DNA of 20,447 bases from Gemmatimonadota bacterium (GTDB taxonomy: Bacteria > Latescibacterota > UBA2968 > UBA8231), in assembly GCA_038128265.1 (NCBI GenBank), contig JAYPJE010000066.1, positions 1 to 20,447 of the forward strand, written 5' to 3'. The notes beneath the pieces were generated by a model, which was given only the letters and a program-made list of their open reading frames with translations, made no database searches and had not been told where the DNA came from. Both the position numbers and the translations under genes were made by a program. Below, piece by piece: positions 7,174 through 16,890 of the stretch (its first letter is position 1; every line of letters starts with the position of its first letter).

Positions 7174-8247
7174 TCACCGGCCGCTTACCAGTTGAGTAAC
7201 CCGCGATGCCATCTCGTCTAACGACACCTGCTCGTCGACCAACCCCGCTTTGACCGCTTCTCCCGGCATGCCAAACACAATGCTGCTGGCTTCGTTCTGA
7301 GCCAACACATACGAACCGCGCGCTTTCATCGCCGCAAGCCCCTTGCTGCCGTCCGACCCCATACCGGTCATAATAACGCCGAGCGCTTTCGAGCCATAGA
7401 CGTCGGCGACGGAGCGAAAAAGGTAGTCGACCGATGGCCGACAGTGATGTTCGGGCGGGTCGAGCGTCGTTTCCAACGCAACGTGTCCGGCATGGCGCTT
7501 AACGCGCATATGCAAACCACCCGGCGCAATGTACACCGTGCCACTTTCCACGCGCTCCCCATCGTGCGCTTCCACCACACGCAGCGCACATTTTCCATTG
7601 AGCACAGTCGCTAGCAGCGCCGTAAACGTATCCGGCATGTGCTGGACAATTAGCACCGGCACGCTCAGGTCACCGGGCAAATTCGGCACCATTTCTCCCA
7701 GGGCACCTGGACCACCCGTGGAAACGCCAATGGCCACCACCTCGATTGACGAGCGCGGCGCTTGGCGCGGCGACGCTCTGTGCACGGCGGAGGCGGCAGG
7801 CGTTTCTGGCTGATGCGCTTGGGAAAGCGCGCTCACGGATTGGCGCGTAACAAAGGCCTGGACCACGCGCTTCAGGTCGCCCTTCAGCTTATCCTGTTCA
7901 GTGGATTCGTCGCAGTTGGAGGGCTTGCTGACGAAGTCGAACGCACCGGCCTCTAGCGCCCTCATCGTCTTTTCCACCGCCGGCTGCATAGCCGGACACG
8001 CCATGACAACGCTGGTTTGAGGATGAGATCTTAGCACCTGATGCAGCGCCGTCATGCCGCCGTCGTCGGGCAGTTCTACGTCTAGCAACAGGATATCGGG
8101 CTTGAGTTGTGCGACCTTCTCCAAAGCGCTACTGCCGCTCGTAGCCGAGCCCACAACGCGCACGTTCGGCACGTCTTGCAGCACACGTGTCAGCATTGCC
8201 AGACACGAACTGTCCGCGTCTACAACCACTACCTGCAGCGCGCTCAC
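7174..8247 (-). CDS. cheB: Chemotaxis response regulator protein-glutamate methylesterase
   Basis: N-terminal receiver (LLDVELP, GAFDFVSKP) plus a methylesterase domain with GVSTGGP (Ser), VQHMP (His), MTGMGSDG (Asp), RPSVDYLF and FGMP. GTG start with AGGG RBS. Confidence 0.93.
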   Translation of the reverse strand: MSALQVVVVDADSSCLAMLTRVLQDVPNVRVVGSATSGSSALEKVAQLKPDILLLDVELPDDGGMTALHQVLRSHPQTSVVMACPAMQPAVEKTMRALEAGAFDFVSKPSNCDESTEQDKLKGDLKRVVQAFVTRQSVSALSQAHQPETPAASAVHRASPRQAPRSSIEVVAIGVSTGGPGALGEMVPNLPGDLSVPVLIVQHMPDTFTALLATVLNGKCALRVVEAHDGERVESGTVYIAPGGLHMRVKRHAGHVALETTLDPPEHHCRPSVDYLFRSVADVYGSKALGVIMTGMGSDGSKGLAAMKARGSYVLAQNEASSIVFGMPGEAVKAGLVDEQVSLDEMASRVTQLVSGR

Positions 8248-8289
8248 ATCCCCTCGCTATAGAGCAACCGAACCGGCACCGAGTTTCTG

Positions 8290-8327
8290 AAAAAAAAGGA
8301 GCCCGGCCCCTCGGCACCGAGCTCCTC
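8290..8327 (-). terminator. Rho-independent terminator after the 670-aa secreted protein gene
   Basis: On the minus strand AGGAGCTCGG-N10-CCGGGCTCCT (one G-U pair) followed by a T-run of about 7-8 nt, about 20 nt after the stop at 8347. Confidence 0.8.
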
Positions 8328-8346
8328 TTTATGCGCTGCGCTGCGT

Positions 8347-10359
8347 TTAGTAGGCAACGCCAACGGGCCGCAGGTGGCGAAAGGTCTTTAGCTCTGCACG
8401 CAGCGCAATTTCGAGCAGGTACATGCCCGGAGGCAGCAGCGAACCCTCTCCGTTGCTGCCATCCCATTCCACGCGCTGCGGACCGGCACTCTGCACGCCC
8501 AAGTCAACTCGCCCGACGCGACGACCCTGCAGGTCGTATACGTTGAGCTCAACGGGAATCGCCGATGGCATGCGGTACAGCGTATAGTCGATGCGCAACG
8601 CATCGTTGATGCCGTCGCCATTCGGCGTGACGGCGGCTGAGGCAAAGGACAGATTCTCAATGATTTCACTGTTCTGCTGGCCGGCTCCGAGCACGCGCAG
8701 TGTGTTGGTGCCAATAGCCTCAGTGGCGTCGCCCGCTTCAATCTGCTGCGGCAAATTGGCACTCTGGGTATCAAACACCTCGCCGGCAAAGGTGTTGGCA
8801 AAGACAAATACTTCGGCGCCGAATACGATGCGCAGCGGGTCGCTGCTTTGCCGCGTGACGCGCTGCGGCAGGTACACGACGAGCTGGTCTTCTTCCTCGA
8901 CGATTTCGGCCGCTTCTACCTCGACCAGCGGATCGCCCATTTCTAAGCGCTTAAAGCTCGGCCGGCTGCCGGTGCGAATGCGCAGCGCGTCGAATCCGCT
9001 CTGTCCCACATTGTCGAATTGGGCACGAATATCGTAGGTAAAATCCGTCGTCTCGCCCAGCGACACTTCCGTTAGGCCGCGCTCGGGGTCGGGGTCGTCG
9101 GAGCGCGCAATTTCGCCGACGACCTGCAGGGCCAGCGGCGCCGACGTTTCGACCCACAGCGAGTCTAGACGCAGAAAATCAAAGTAGGACTCACTCTCTA
9201 GCGTAATGCGCGCTTGGATGTGCGAGCCGCGTTCGAGCGGTGCCTGCACGCCCGGTTCTGCGATGGGAAACGACCAGAAGGTCCAGTTTTCCGTATCGTA
9301 GACCACGGAGGCACGCAGACCGGGCTTGCCCTCTTGGATGCCACCACCCGTCGCCTGATCGGGCTGCTTGAGCTCGTTTTCATAGCGACTGCGCGTCACG
9401 ACGCGCTCCGCACCCGTATCGGTAAATTCGTAGTAGACGTTGGGATCGGCATCGCGCCCCGAACGCACCTCGACCTTAACCGAAGCATTTGCATCGGTCA
9501 CTTCCTCCGCTACGCCGTTAACGTAGCGCATGGGCGTCGCGCTCCAGTAGATATTGCCGAAGTTGACGATGCGTCCCAAGTCGATGACCTGAGAAATGTA
9601 GATCACGCGACGCGGCACGCCGGCTCCCTTGAGCTCAAACTCGCCGATGGTGCCCTGCTGGACACCGCGCACGCCATCGTCGATCGAAGGTTTGCGCTGC
9701 AGGCGAATAAAGCGCACATACTGCTTGGGAAATTCGAGCTGCACATTCGCTTCGTAGTTGAGCGGGAAGTCTGCCACCAGGTGCTCCAACCGATGGTAGT
9801 CGCCGTCGCCGTTTTCCTGGTTGAGCACCGGGTCAAATTCTTCAGAAATCGATACTTCAAACGCCTTAAAAATATCGTCACTCAGCGGCGTGCCGTCTGC
9901 GCGAAATCCCGTGGGCGGCGTGTAGAAACCCACGACGTTGGCGGGCACGGGCACCCCCACGTCAAAAGTGTACCATTCCGACTCAATACCGCGTCGGACC
10001 GGTGGGCTATAGGACGAACTGTCCCCGTCGACCCACTCCGTTGTCAGCGTGCCGGCCGTGAACCAGTAGAACCCGTTGGCCGCGCGCCACACGCGGGGTA
10101 TCAGACCGTCTTCGTAGTCCAGTTCGGTGGGAAATTTGAAGGGCGACCAAAACGGCAGCTGGTCGAGGATGTTGTCTTCGCCGTTGAAATAGGCCGGTGC
10201 GATAGAGCCGGGAAAGGTACGGAAGTCAATAAAGACCGTGTTGCTATCGCTGCGACTCCAGGCGTTTCCATTGCCGCCGAATTTAAAGACGCCAATTTGG
10301 CCGTCGACATGGGTGGCCAGTATGAGCAGTATCGTGAAGACGGGAAGATGTCTACGCAC
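8347..10359 (-). CDS. Secreted protein with C-terminal FlgD Ig-like/CHU_C-like domain (paralog 1)
   Basis: Signal peptide MRRHLPVFTILLILATHVDG, RBS AAGGAG before GTG, discoidin-like DGD...DVG...EFEL segment, C-terminal TPNGDGIND...YDLQGRRV...WDG...G.LLPPGMY...VGVAY. Confidence 0.85.
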   Translation of the reverse strand: MRRHLPVFTILLILATHVDGQIGVFKFGGNGNAWSRSDSNTVFIDFRTFPGSIAPAYFNGEDNILDQLPFWSPFKFPTELDYEDGLIPRVWRAANGFYWFTAGTLTTEWVDGDSSSYSPPVRRGIESEWYTFDVGVPVPANVVGFYTPPTGFRADGTPLSDDIFKAFEVSISEEFDPVLNQENGDGDYHRLEHLVADFPLNYEANVQLEFPKQYVRFIRLQRKPSIDDGVRGVQQGTIGEFELKGAGVPRRVIYISQVIDLGRIVNFGNIYWSATPMRYVNGVAEEVTDANASVKVEVRSGRDADPNVYYEFTDTGAERVVTRSRYENELKQPDQATGGGIQEGKPGLRASVVYDTENWTFWSFPIAEPGVQAPLERGSHIQARITLESESYFDFLRLDSLWVETSAPLALQVVGEIARSDDPDPERGLTEVSLGETTDFTYDIRAQFDNVGQSGFDALRIRTGSRPSFKRLEMGDPLVEVEAAEIVEEEDQLVVYLPQRVTRQSSDPLRIVFGAEVFVFANTFAGEVFDTQSANLPQQIEAGDATEAIGTNTLRVLGAGQQNSEIIENLSFASAAVTPNGDGINDALRIDYTLYRMPSAIPVELNVYDLQGRRVGRVDLGVQSAGPQRVEWDGSNGEGSLLPPGMYLLEIALRAELKTFRHLRPVGVAY

Positions 10360-10569
10360 GTCAAACTCCTTGATGGGGGCGATGGGCCTAATCGCAAATG
10401 GACAAGGTCAAAATGTACGATGCTTAAATGATTAACTCAAGTCATTAAACGGACCCCTGTGGCCACCGGCAAGACGAGCCACGCCATGGGACAGATGCCG
10501 CGCAGTTGGCAAGTGCTACGCCGTTCATTACCTTTGCACTTCACACGACTAACTGCCTACAAAAAAACG

Positions 10570-11736
10570 ATGTTGCGTCTCTTTATACCATCGCTGGGCC
10601 TGCTACTAGCCCTGTTCGGCTGCGAAAACCCGACCCAGCTGGCCGGGCCGGAAGCACCCGTTCCCGCCGGCAAACTCGTCGATGGGGCGCCCGCCGTATT
10701 CACCGCCACCCATCAGGGCCGGGAAGTCTTTAATATCACGGCCACCAAGTGGCGAGACGGGCACCGCGCCGCCGTGTCGATCACCTACGACGCGCCGTGG
10801 GGCATCCACCCCGTTTTCTCGCTGGCCACGGATGCGGCCATTGCCCGCGGGCTGTCGATGGACGTAGAGATCGTCAGCGACAAGCTCTCCCACTTTAAGC
10901 GCATCGCCATCACGCAGCGCATGCGCACAGAGCTCATGCCGCGCGGCGTTGGTTTTTTTGGACACGGCCATTCGCACATAGACCACGATGCACTCGGCTA
11001 TCACGCCGCGTACCAATCGTTTCGCACCAACTTTTCTCTCATGCGCGCCTGGGGCTTGAATCCCAAGGTCTACGCCTACCCGCTCTTTGCCGGTCGCGAT
11101 GCGCAAACGCAGGCGGCCAATCGCCAAGCCGGGTTTATCGCCGCGCGCGGCGGCACGCGCGATCCAAGCGCCTACTACATCTGCGCCGATGGCGTGCGCG
11201 AGCCCGAGCAGTGGCACAACCTGCCCTCCGTCATCATGGGCAACGCCAGCACGCGCGACCCGAGCACGCACGACCAGCTGCAGCCCATTCTCATACAGAC
11301 GCTGCAACGGCGCGCGTGGACCATTATGACCTACCATGCCATAGGCCATCCGGAAGGATGGGGCTACTATCCCTACGTCGAATTCGTGCGCGACCTCGAC
11401 TTTATCAGGGCCAACGACTTTTGGAGCGGCAACTTGGCCTCCGTGGCTGCTTATATCCAAGAGCGCAATGCACTAGATATTCAGATAGCGCGCTTCTTTG
11501 GCAGCCAGATGCCCAATTCGTTTGAGCTCTTTATAGGTGATGGATTGGACAACGACGTATACGACGAACCGCTGACGCTCGACTTTCAGTTTAACCCCGA
11601 CCTGGGCGTGCGCGCTGCGCGCATTACGCCAACGCCGGTTGCAGGGCAAGAGCGTTTTATCGTCGAGGAAAACCACCTGCGCTTAAACATGGTCCCCGAC
11701 GAACGGCTCTACACGCTCTCACTAGAGCGCGAATAG
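10570..11736 (+). CDS. Lipoprotein with polysaccharide deacetylase (CE4/NodB)-like domain
   Basis: Better start at ATG 10570 gives lipoprotein signal MLRLFIPSLGLLLALFG-C. Motifs AAVSITYD, GHGHSH, YAYP, GFIAARGG, W.IMTYHAI. Confidence 0.75.
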   Translation: MLRLFIPSLGLLLALFGCENPTQLAGPEAPVPAGKLVDGAPAVFTATHQGREVFNITATKWRDGHRAAVSITYDAPWGIHPVFSLATDAAIARGLSMDVEIVSDKLSHFKRIAITQRMRTELMPRGVGFFGHGHSHIDHDALGYHAAYQSFRTNFSLMRAWGLNPKVYAYPLFAGRDAQTQAANRQAGFIAARGGTRDPSAYYICADGVREPEQWHNLPSVIMGNASTRDPSTHDQLQPILIQTLQRRAWTIMTYHAIGHPEGWGYYPYVEFVRDLDFIRANDFWSGNLASVAAYIQERNALDIQIARFFGSQMPNSFELFIGDGLDNDVYDEPLTLDFQFNPDLGVRAARITPTPVAGQERFIVEENHLRLNMVPDERLYTLSLERE

Positions 11737-11755
11737 GCGCCCCGAAAGCTAGTGG

Positions 11756-12565
11756 CTACGGAGTGCTCAGCTGGCGATCGATAATCTCCTTGAACGCCGA
11801 CGTAGGATAGGCGCCTTTTAGCGACACGCCGTTGATCAGAAAGCCGGGCGTGCCCGTAAAGCCAAACGAGGCGGCTTCCTCCATATCGGCCTCGACGCGC
11901 CTGCGCACAGCGTCCGACGCCGCGTCGGCCTGCAGGCGCGCCATATCGAGCCCGAGTCCGCGCGCCACTTCGTCCATCCACGCCGTGCCCCGCGCGCGCA
12001 GCTGTCCCTGGTTTTCGTAGAGCGCATCGTGAAACTGGCGTGCCGCACTGACCGACTGAAGCGCGATGGCCTCAAAGTACAGCGCGGCAGGCAGGGCGCC
12101 TTCGTGCATTTCCAGCGGCAGGTGCTTGTAAAGCAATCGCACACTGTCGCCGTACTCGGCCATCAGCTCTTTTACGGTGCGGTAGCCGCGCGCGCAGTAG
12201 GGACACTCAAAGTCCGAGTACTCGACGATAGTAATACGCGCTTGGGCTGGACCCCAATACACGCGACCAGCGGCCAGTTCGGGCTGCTTGGGATTCTCAA
12301 ATTCTGCCTCGCGCTGCTCCGTTTCACGGCGCTCTTCCTCGGCCTGCGCACGCACGCGCGCAACCTGAGCGGCTGCGTTGACCGCTGCCATAAACTGCTC
12401 TGGGTTCTTCTCAATAGCGGCAAATACCACCTGTGGATTTTCTTCTATAACCTCGGTGATGATCTCTGGATTCTCCGCCAAAAGATGCTTGATTTGCTCG
12501 GCGCTCGGCGCACAGCCGGCCACAAAAAAAGCGGCAAAAGCCGCGAAGGTTGCTAGCGTGGGCAT
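11756..12565 (-). CDS. DsbA-family thioredoxin-fold lipoprotein
   Basis: Start ATG 12565 with AAAGGA RBS gives lipobox VAG-C. N-terminal L.ENPE helical domain, IVEYSDFECPYC, KHLPL..H, GFTGTPGFLING. Confidence 0.9.
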   Translation of the reverse strand: MPTLATFAAFAAFFVAGCAPSAEQIKHLLAENPEIITEVIEENPQVVFAAIEKNPEQFMAAVNAAAQVARVRAQAEEERRETEQREAEFENPKQPELAAGRVYWGPAQARITIVEYSDFECPYCARGYRTVKELMAEYGDSVRLLYKHLPLEMHEGALPAALYFEAIALQSVSAARQFHDALYENQGQLRARGTAWMDEVARGLGLDMARLQADAASDAVRRRVEADMEEAASFGFTGTPGFLINGVSLKGAYPTSAFKEIIDRQLSTP

Positions 12566-12689
12566 GGCAATGTCCTTTCGTTTTTCATTCCCAATGAAAG
12601 TACAAAAGAAGGCCGTGCATGGCGAATAGATCGGCGCGCGCTCTTGGGCTTTTTGCCCCGCGAAGCCCACAGATAGTATATTGGTTCTT

Positions 12690-14267
12690 ATGTTCGCACT
12701 GATCGCACTCGCCGTCCTGCTTCCCGGTCTCGCCCTGGGTGCAGACTTCCGCATCGTTCCCTACATCCAAAATACGGCTACGGACGGCGCAACCATTATC
12801 TGGTTTTCCGACGCACAAACGCCGGGGAAGCTGACCTACCGCGCGCAGGATGCGGCGGCCGAGAACGCGCTGTACTCCACACCGCAGCGCGCCGATGCGC
12901 TGGCGTATACGACCTGGGAGGACACGACCTTCTTCGGCGGACAGGCCCCAGCTGCACCCTTTCGCCACCGCTTGCGTTTGGAAAACCTGCGTGCAGCCAC
13001 GGCTTATACCTATACCGTGGAGCAGGGTGCATCTCTCTTTAGCGCCGCCTTTACTACGGCACCGCTGACCAACCAGCCCATCCGCTTTATCGCCTTTAGC
13101 GACAGTGAGACCGAGCCTGAATCAACCGGCAAGCACGCCGATTGGGCCGATCCTAAGGGCGAAGAGAAACGGCTCTATCCGCTCGATCAAACGAGCGGCT
13201 ACGCGGCCAATCTGGCTGTCATGGCCGACCGCCAACCCAACTTTATCGCCATAGCTGGCGACCTAGTTGAATCGGGCGGCGAACAGCGCGACTGGGATGA
13301 GTTTTGGCGACACATCACCGCAGAAAACGGCGATAGCAGCCTAGCCAGTCGCGTGCCCCTGCTGGCCGTGCCGGGCAACCACGAATACTACGAAGGCCCC
13401 CAGCTCGACCGCTACAACCAGCCCGGTTCCGAGCGAGCCATTGGGCGCTTCTGCAGCTATTTTGAATTTCCCGCCAACGGCTCAAACAATCCGCGGCAGC
13501 AAAACCGCTACTTTCGCTTCGACTACGGTCCCATCGCCCTGATCGGACTAGACGTGGCCAACGGCAGCCCGCACCAATCGGCGGGCGACACCAACTTCTT
13601 TCTGCTGGGAGAGGGCGAAGAAGGCGGCGGCCACGCTCCCGCCTTTGGACCCGGATCACAGCAGTATGAGTGGCTTAAAGCACAGCTCGAAGACGCGCAG
13701 CGCACGCGCCATTTCACGTTTGTGATGTTTCATCACACGCCTTACTCGGTGGGGCCGCACGGCTGGCCGCCGGGTCAAGGCGAGGGTTTTGACACGCAGT
13801 CGGGCGTGCCCGTGCGCGTGCTAACACCCCTCTTTCTGCGCTATGGAGTCGATGCCGTATTGGCTGGACACGATGAGATGTGGGAACGCTCCGAAGTGGA
13901 CGGTGTAGAGGTAGCGCAAAGCGGCGAACGCGTGCCGCACACCGTGCACTTTTACGACATAGGCATTGGCGGCGATGGACTGCGCGGTCCACAGCAGGAC
14001 CTAGTCAACCCACAGCAGGCCTTTCTCGCGCACGCGCACGCTCCCGAGCGCTGGAGCGACAGCGGGCTCGTCGACGGTGGAAAGCACTACGGTCATTTGG
14101 AAGTAGATGTGCAGCCGCTTGCCGACGGTCGCTGGCAGGCCACGCTTAAGCCCGTATACGTCTTTCCGCTCTTTGCCGCAGACGGCACCTACCAGGGCAG
14201 CGAGCGGCGCCTCTACGACGACGTCGTCACGCTGACGACTAGTAGGCTACGCCCACAATCCGACTAA
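12690..14267 (+). CDS. Secreted purple-acid-phosphatase-like metallophosphoesterase with N-terminal FN3-like domain
   Basis: Signal peptide, PYIQN...I.W, H..RLENL..AT.YTY.V FN3-like region, and calcineurin-like motifs FSDSE, AGDLVE, PGNHE, FHH.PYS, GHDE. The start could be TTG 12681. Confidence 0.85.
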   Translation: MFALIALAVLLPGLALGADFRIVPYIQNTATDGATIIWFSDAQTPGKLTYRAQDAAAENALYSTPQRADALAYTTWEDTTFFGGQAPAAPFRHRLRLENLRAATAYTYTVEQGASLFSAAFTTAPLTNQPIRFIAFSDSETEPESTGKHADWADPKGEEKRLYPLDQTSGYAANLAVMADRQPNFIAIAGDLVESGGEQRDWDEFWRHITAENGDSSLASRVPLLAVPGNHEYYEGPQLDRYNQPGSERAIGRFCSYFEFPANGSNNPRQQNRYFRFDYGPIALIGLDVANGSPHQSAGDTNFFLLGEGEEGGGHAPAFGPGSQQYEWLKAQLEDAQRTRHFTFVMFHHTPYSVGPHGWPPGQGEGFDTQSGVPVRVLTPLFLRYGVDAVLAGHDEMWERSEVDGVEVAQSGERVPHTVHFYDIGIGGDGLRGPQQDLVNPQQAFLAHAHAPERWSDSGLVDGGKHYGHLEVDVQPLADGRWQATLKPVYVFPLFAADGTYQGSERRLYDDVVTLTTSRLRPQSD

Positions 14268-16890
14268 CACCGCTGCTGTTTTCACCGTCGCTGTCGACGC
14301 CGATGCGGGCCAGATACAGCCCGGGAGGCACCAACATACCTCCTTCGTCGCGGCCGTCCCAGCGCAGGCTATACTGGCCGTTGGCCAGCGCACGGCTCTC
14401 TTCTATCCGTCGTATCGCACGACCGCTGAGATCAAAGAGCGAGACGCTCACAGCGCGGGCGGCGTTGATCTTGAGCACGGCAAATTCAAAAACGGCTTCG
14501 TCGTTTATACCGTCGCCGTTTGGCGTTAGTGCACCTGGGCTGGCAATCATCCTAATGACGCGACGGTCCAAGGGCGTCAGCACTGTAAGCCCTTCGCCCA
14601 CGGCCAACTCATCGCCAACGCCTTCGCCCGGATCCACGCTTTGCCAGTTGTCCGGATCCTGCGAATTGCCCACCTCGACGGCAAAGGTCGAACCGCTCTG
14701 ATACACGGTCGATGAGAAGGAGAGGCGCAGCACTTCTGCTCCGCCGCGCTGCTGCACTCGAGGCAGTTCGATAAAGAGCGAGTCCGTGCCCTGACCGCTC
14801 ACCGTCAGGACTTCTCCCTCCGCATTGGCCAGTGCGCCGTCATCGCCACGAACGAAGCCATCCCCCACGGCCGCAGCCGCCAGTTCGCTCTCGCGCCCCA
14901 AATCCACGCGGGCCAGTAGCATGGCCGCGCGCGAGGGCGCTACGACGCGCACGCGGTCGAAACCCGAATCGCGCGCGGCAAACGACGGGCGCACAAAGAG
15001 CTCGAAATTGGCCGGCACCCCGATGGGCACTTCCTGCTTGGGCTCGATCTCACCGACAATGCTTTCGGCCAGCGGCCGAGTGAAGTGCACCTGGATAGAG
15101 CGGAGCGTCGCCGCGGCGTCTCCCGAATCGCTGGAGAGACGCGCCTGCACCATCATATAGCGGCGCGGACTGGGCGAAAGAACGCGTGCACCGGGCTCGT
15201 CGTAAGCCTGGCTCCAGCTGCTCCAACCTTGGCCCGGCTGCAACTCGACCTGTATTTCGCCCTGGAAAAACGTCGGCAGCTTGTTGTATTCTTCTTCGTT
15301 GGCTACCTGCGAACCGTCGGCCTTGAAGTAGCTTTTAACCTCGCGCAAGTCGTCTCCGCTGCGCGTGCGAATTTCCACCGTCGTGCCGGGCGGCAGATCG
15401 GCCTGCCAGTCTATCGTCGTCAGGTTTTTGGCCGCACCTAAATCGATGAGATCGGACTGCATTTCCAACCTCGGTAAATAGCCCTCGGCGTAGACTTCTA
15501 TTTCGGTGACTACGCTGGGAACGCGGTGCCCTAGGTGGGCCAACGTGCGGCGAGCAATATCCAAGTTGCGGAACTCCAAAAAGCGCAGGACGCGCGAATC
15601 AAAGCGATCTTCAAAAAGCCGGGTATTCTGGTTGAGCAGGCGATCTTCACTGCTCAAGTCTTCCCAGATAAAGCTGCCGTCCGGCGCGCGCGCGCCGTCC
15701 GAGCCGCGCAGCAAATAGCCGTAGAGCACGCGGCCGCCCCCGTCGAGCAGGCGCGTTACAAAGCGCACGGCATTGACGCGGAAGTGAGCGCCCAAATCCA
15801 CATTGAGCAAACCCCACTCGACCGTCTCACCGGTAATGTCGTACACCACGCCCGACCATTCGCTGCTCATATTGCCGTCAAAGGCCAGCTCCGGCGAGGC
15901 GTTGGGGTTGACGTCGTGCAGGCTGCCGCCGCGCCCTATGAGCCCCAATGAGATATTCTCGCCAACCGTCTGGACTTCTACCTCGGCCAAGCGCGGCAGT
16001 TCGCGGCGAAAGTAGCGAATGCCGCCCTGTTCGGCTGCGACCAGCTCTCCGTAGCGCTCTTCGCTGACCAGACGCTCTTCGTCGGCGATGCGCCAGATGT
16101 ATTCAACGGCACCGCGCGCGCTGACTGGCAGCGCTTGGTAGCCCTCTGCAGAAACTTCTTCGGCGCGATCGGCGCGCGTATCTGTGACCGCAATGCGCAG
16201 GTACTGCACCATGCGCCCCGTCCAACCGTCCGAATGAGGGCCGATGGGATCCAATTCAAACTCAAATAGCCGCTGGTCGCGGTTGGGCTGCGTCGTGCCG
16301 CCGACCAATACGTAGTCGAGCGCACCGCTGCGATCCGCCGTGCCAAAGGGATTCTGCCCACCGGCCGAGTGCACTCTGAACTGCAGGAAGGGATCGCCCT
16401 CTTCGGCGAAGCGCAATACGACCTTTGTCGCCGACACCAGGCGGCCCAAATCGATTTCTAACACCCAATCGCTCAGCGGATCGGCCGGATTGGGCTCCCA
16501 GAATGTCAATTCGTCTCCATCCATGACGCGCGGGGCTATGTTGGGATTCGAGGGGGCCTGCTTGATGCCACCGCGCGCGCGCAGCTCACCGTCCAGATCA
16601 AAGGCGTTGGCATACTGACTGCGCACGTTGCCGCCGATGATATGGCTAAACTGGCTCGCATCGGACAATGCGTTGTACGGACCGCGCACAAAGCGCGAGC
16701 GGATTGCACCATCCGCATCGACCTCTACCATATCGCCGGGAAAGCTCCACGCCCGCCAATGCGCGCTGCTGCTCGTCTCCACTCGATCGGCGCGCAGGCT
16801 GTAGCCGCGCGGCTGAGCCAGCAGAGGCGTCGCGAAAAAAAAGAGTACGAGGCCCATTACAGCTCTCGAAGTCCGCCGACTCGTCATCAT
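14239..16890 (-). CDS. Secreted protein with two discoidin-like segments and C-terminal FlgD Ig-like/CHU_C-like domain (paralog 2)
   Basis: Signal peptide ending PLLA-Q. DGDELTFW...IDLGR and FDGN...VDLGA...EIEVY repeats. TRSGD, WSSWS..Y, SPSPRRY, TPNGDGIND, WDGRDEGG.LVPPGLY, VGVAY end. The start overlaps the upstream stop (ATGA). Confidence 0.88.
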   Translation of the reverse strand: MMTSRRTSRAVMGLVLFFFATPLLAQPRGYSLRADRVETSSSAHWRAWSFPGDMVEVDADGAIRSRFVRGPYNALSDASQFSHIIGGNVRSQYANAFDLDGELRARGGIKQAPSNPNIAPRVMDGDELTFWEPNPADPLSDWVLEIDLGRLVSATKVVLRFAEEGDPFLQFRVHSAGGQNPFGTADRSGALDYVLVGGTTQPNRDQRLFEFELDPIGPHSDGWTGRMVQYLRIAVTDTRADRAEEVSAEGYQALPVSARGAVEYIWRIADEERLVSEERYGELVAAEQGGIRYFRRELPRLAEVEVQTVGENISLGLIGRGGSLHDVNPNASPELAFDGNMSSEWSGVVYDITGETVEWGLLNVDLGAHFRVNAVRFVTRLLDGGGRVLYGYLLRGSDGARAPDGSFIWEDLSSEDRLLNQNTRLFEDRFDSRVLRFLEFRNLDIARRTLAHLGHRVPSVVTEIEVYAEGYLPRLEMQSDLIDLGAAKNLTTIDWQADLPPGTTVEIRTRSGDDLREVKSYFKADGSQVANEEEYNKLPTFFQGEIQVELQPGQGWSSWSQAYDEPGARVLSPSPRRYMMVQARLSSDSGDAAATLRSIQVHFTRPLAESIVGEIEPKQEVPIGVPANFELFVRPSFAARDSGFDRVRVVAPSRAAMLLARVDLGRESELAAAAVGDGFVRGDDGALANAEGEVLTVSGQGTDSLFIELPRVQQRGGAEVLRLSFSSTVYQSGSTFAVEVGNSQDPDNWQSVDPGEGVGDELAVGEGLTVLTPLDRRVIRMIASPGALTPNGDGINDEAVFEFAVLKINAARAVSVSLFDLSGRAIRRIEESRALANGQYSLRWDGRDEGGMLVPPGLYLARIGVDSDGENSSGVSRIVGVAY

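Noticed and set aside
9214..10431. 405-aa plus-strand ORF, and similarly 5160..5990, 10606..11460 and 18883..19773
   Set aside because: They lie antisense to motif-supported genes and show shadow-frame composition.
11756..12565. DsbA as the redox partner for vitamin K recycling of the HTTM enzymes
   Set aside because: About 5 kb away and separated by unrelated genes, with no VKOR present. It looks like an ordinary DsbA lipoprotein.
12566..12754. Extended N-termini in the ORF track for DsbA (also 10459, 18752)
   Set aside because: Downstream starts give clean lipoprotein signal peptides and, for DsbA and the PPIase, remove overlaps with neighbouring genes.
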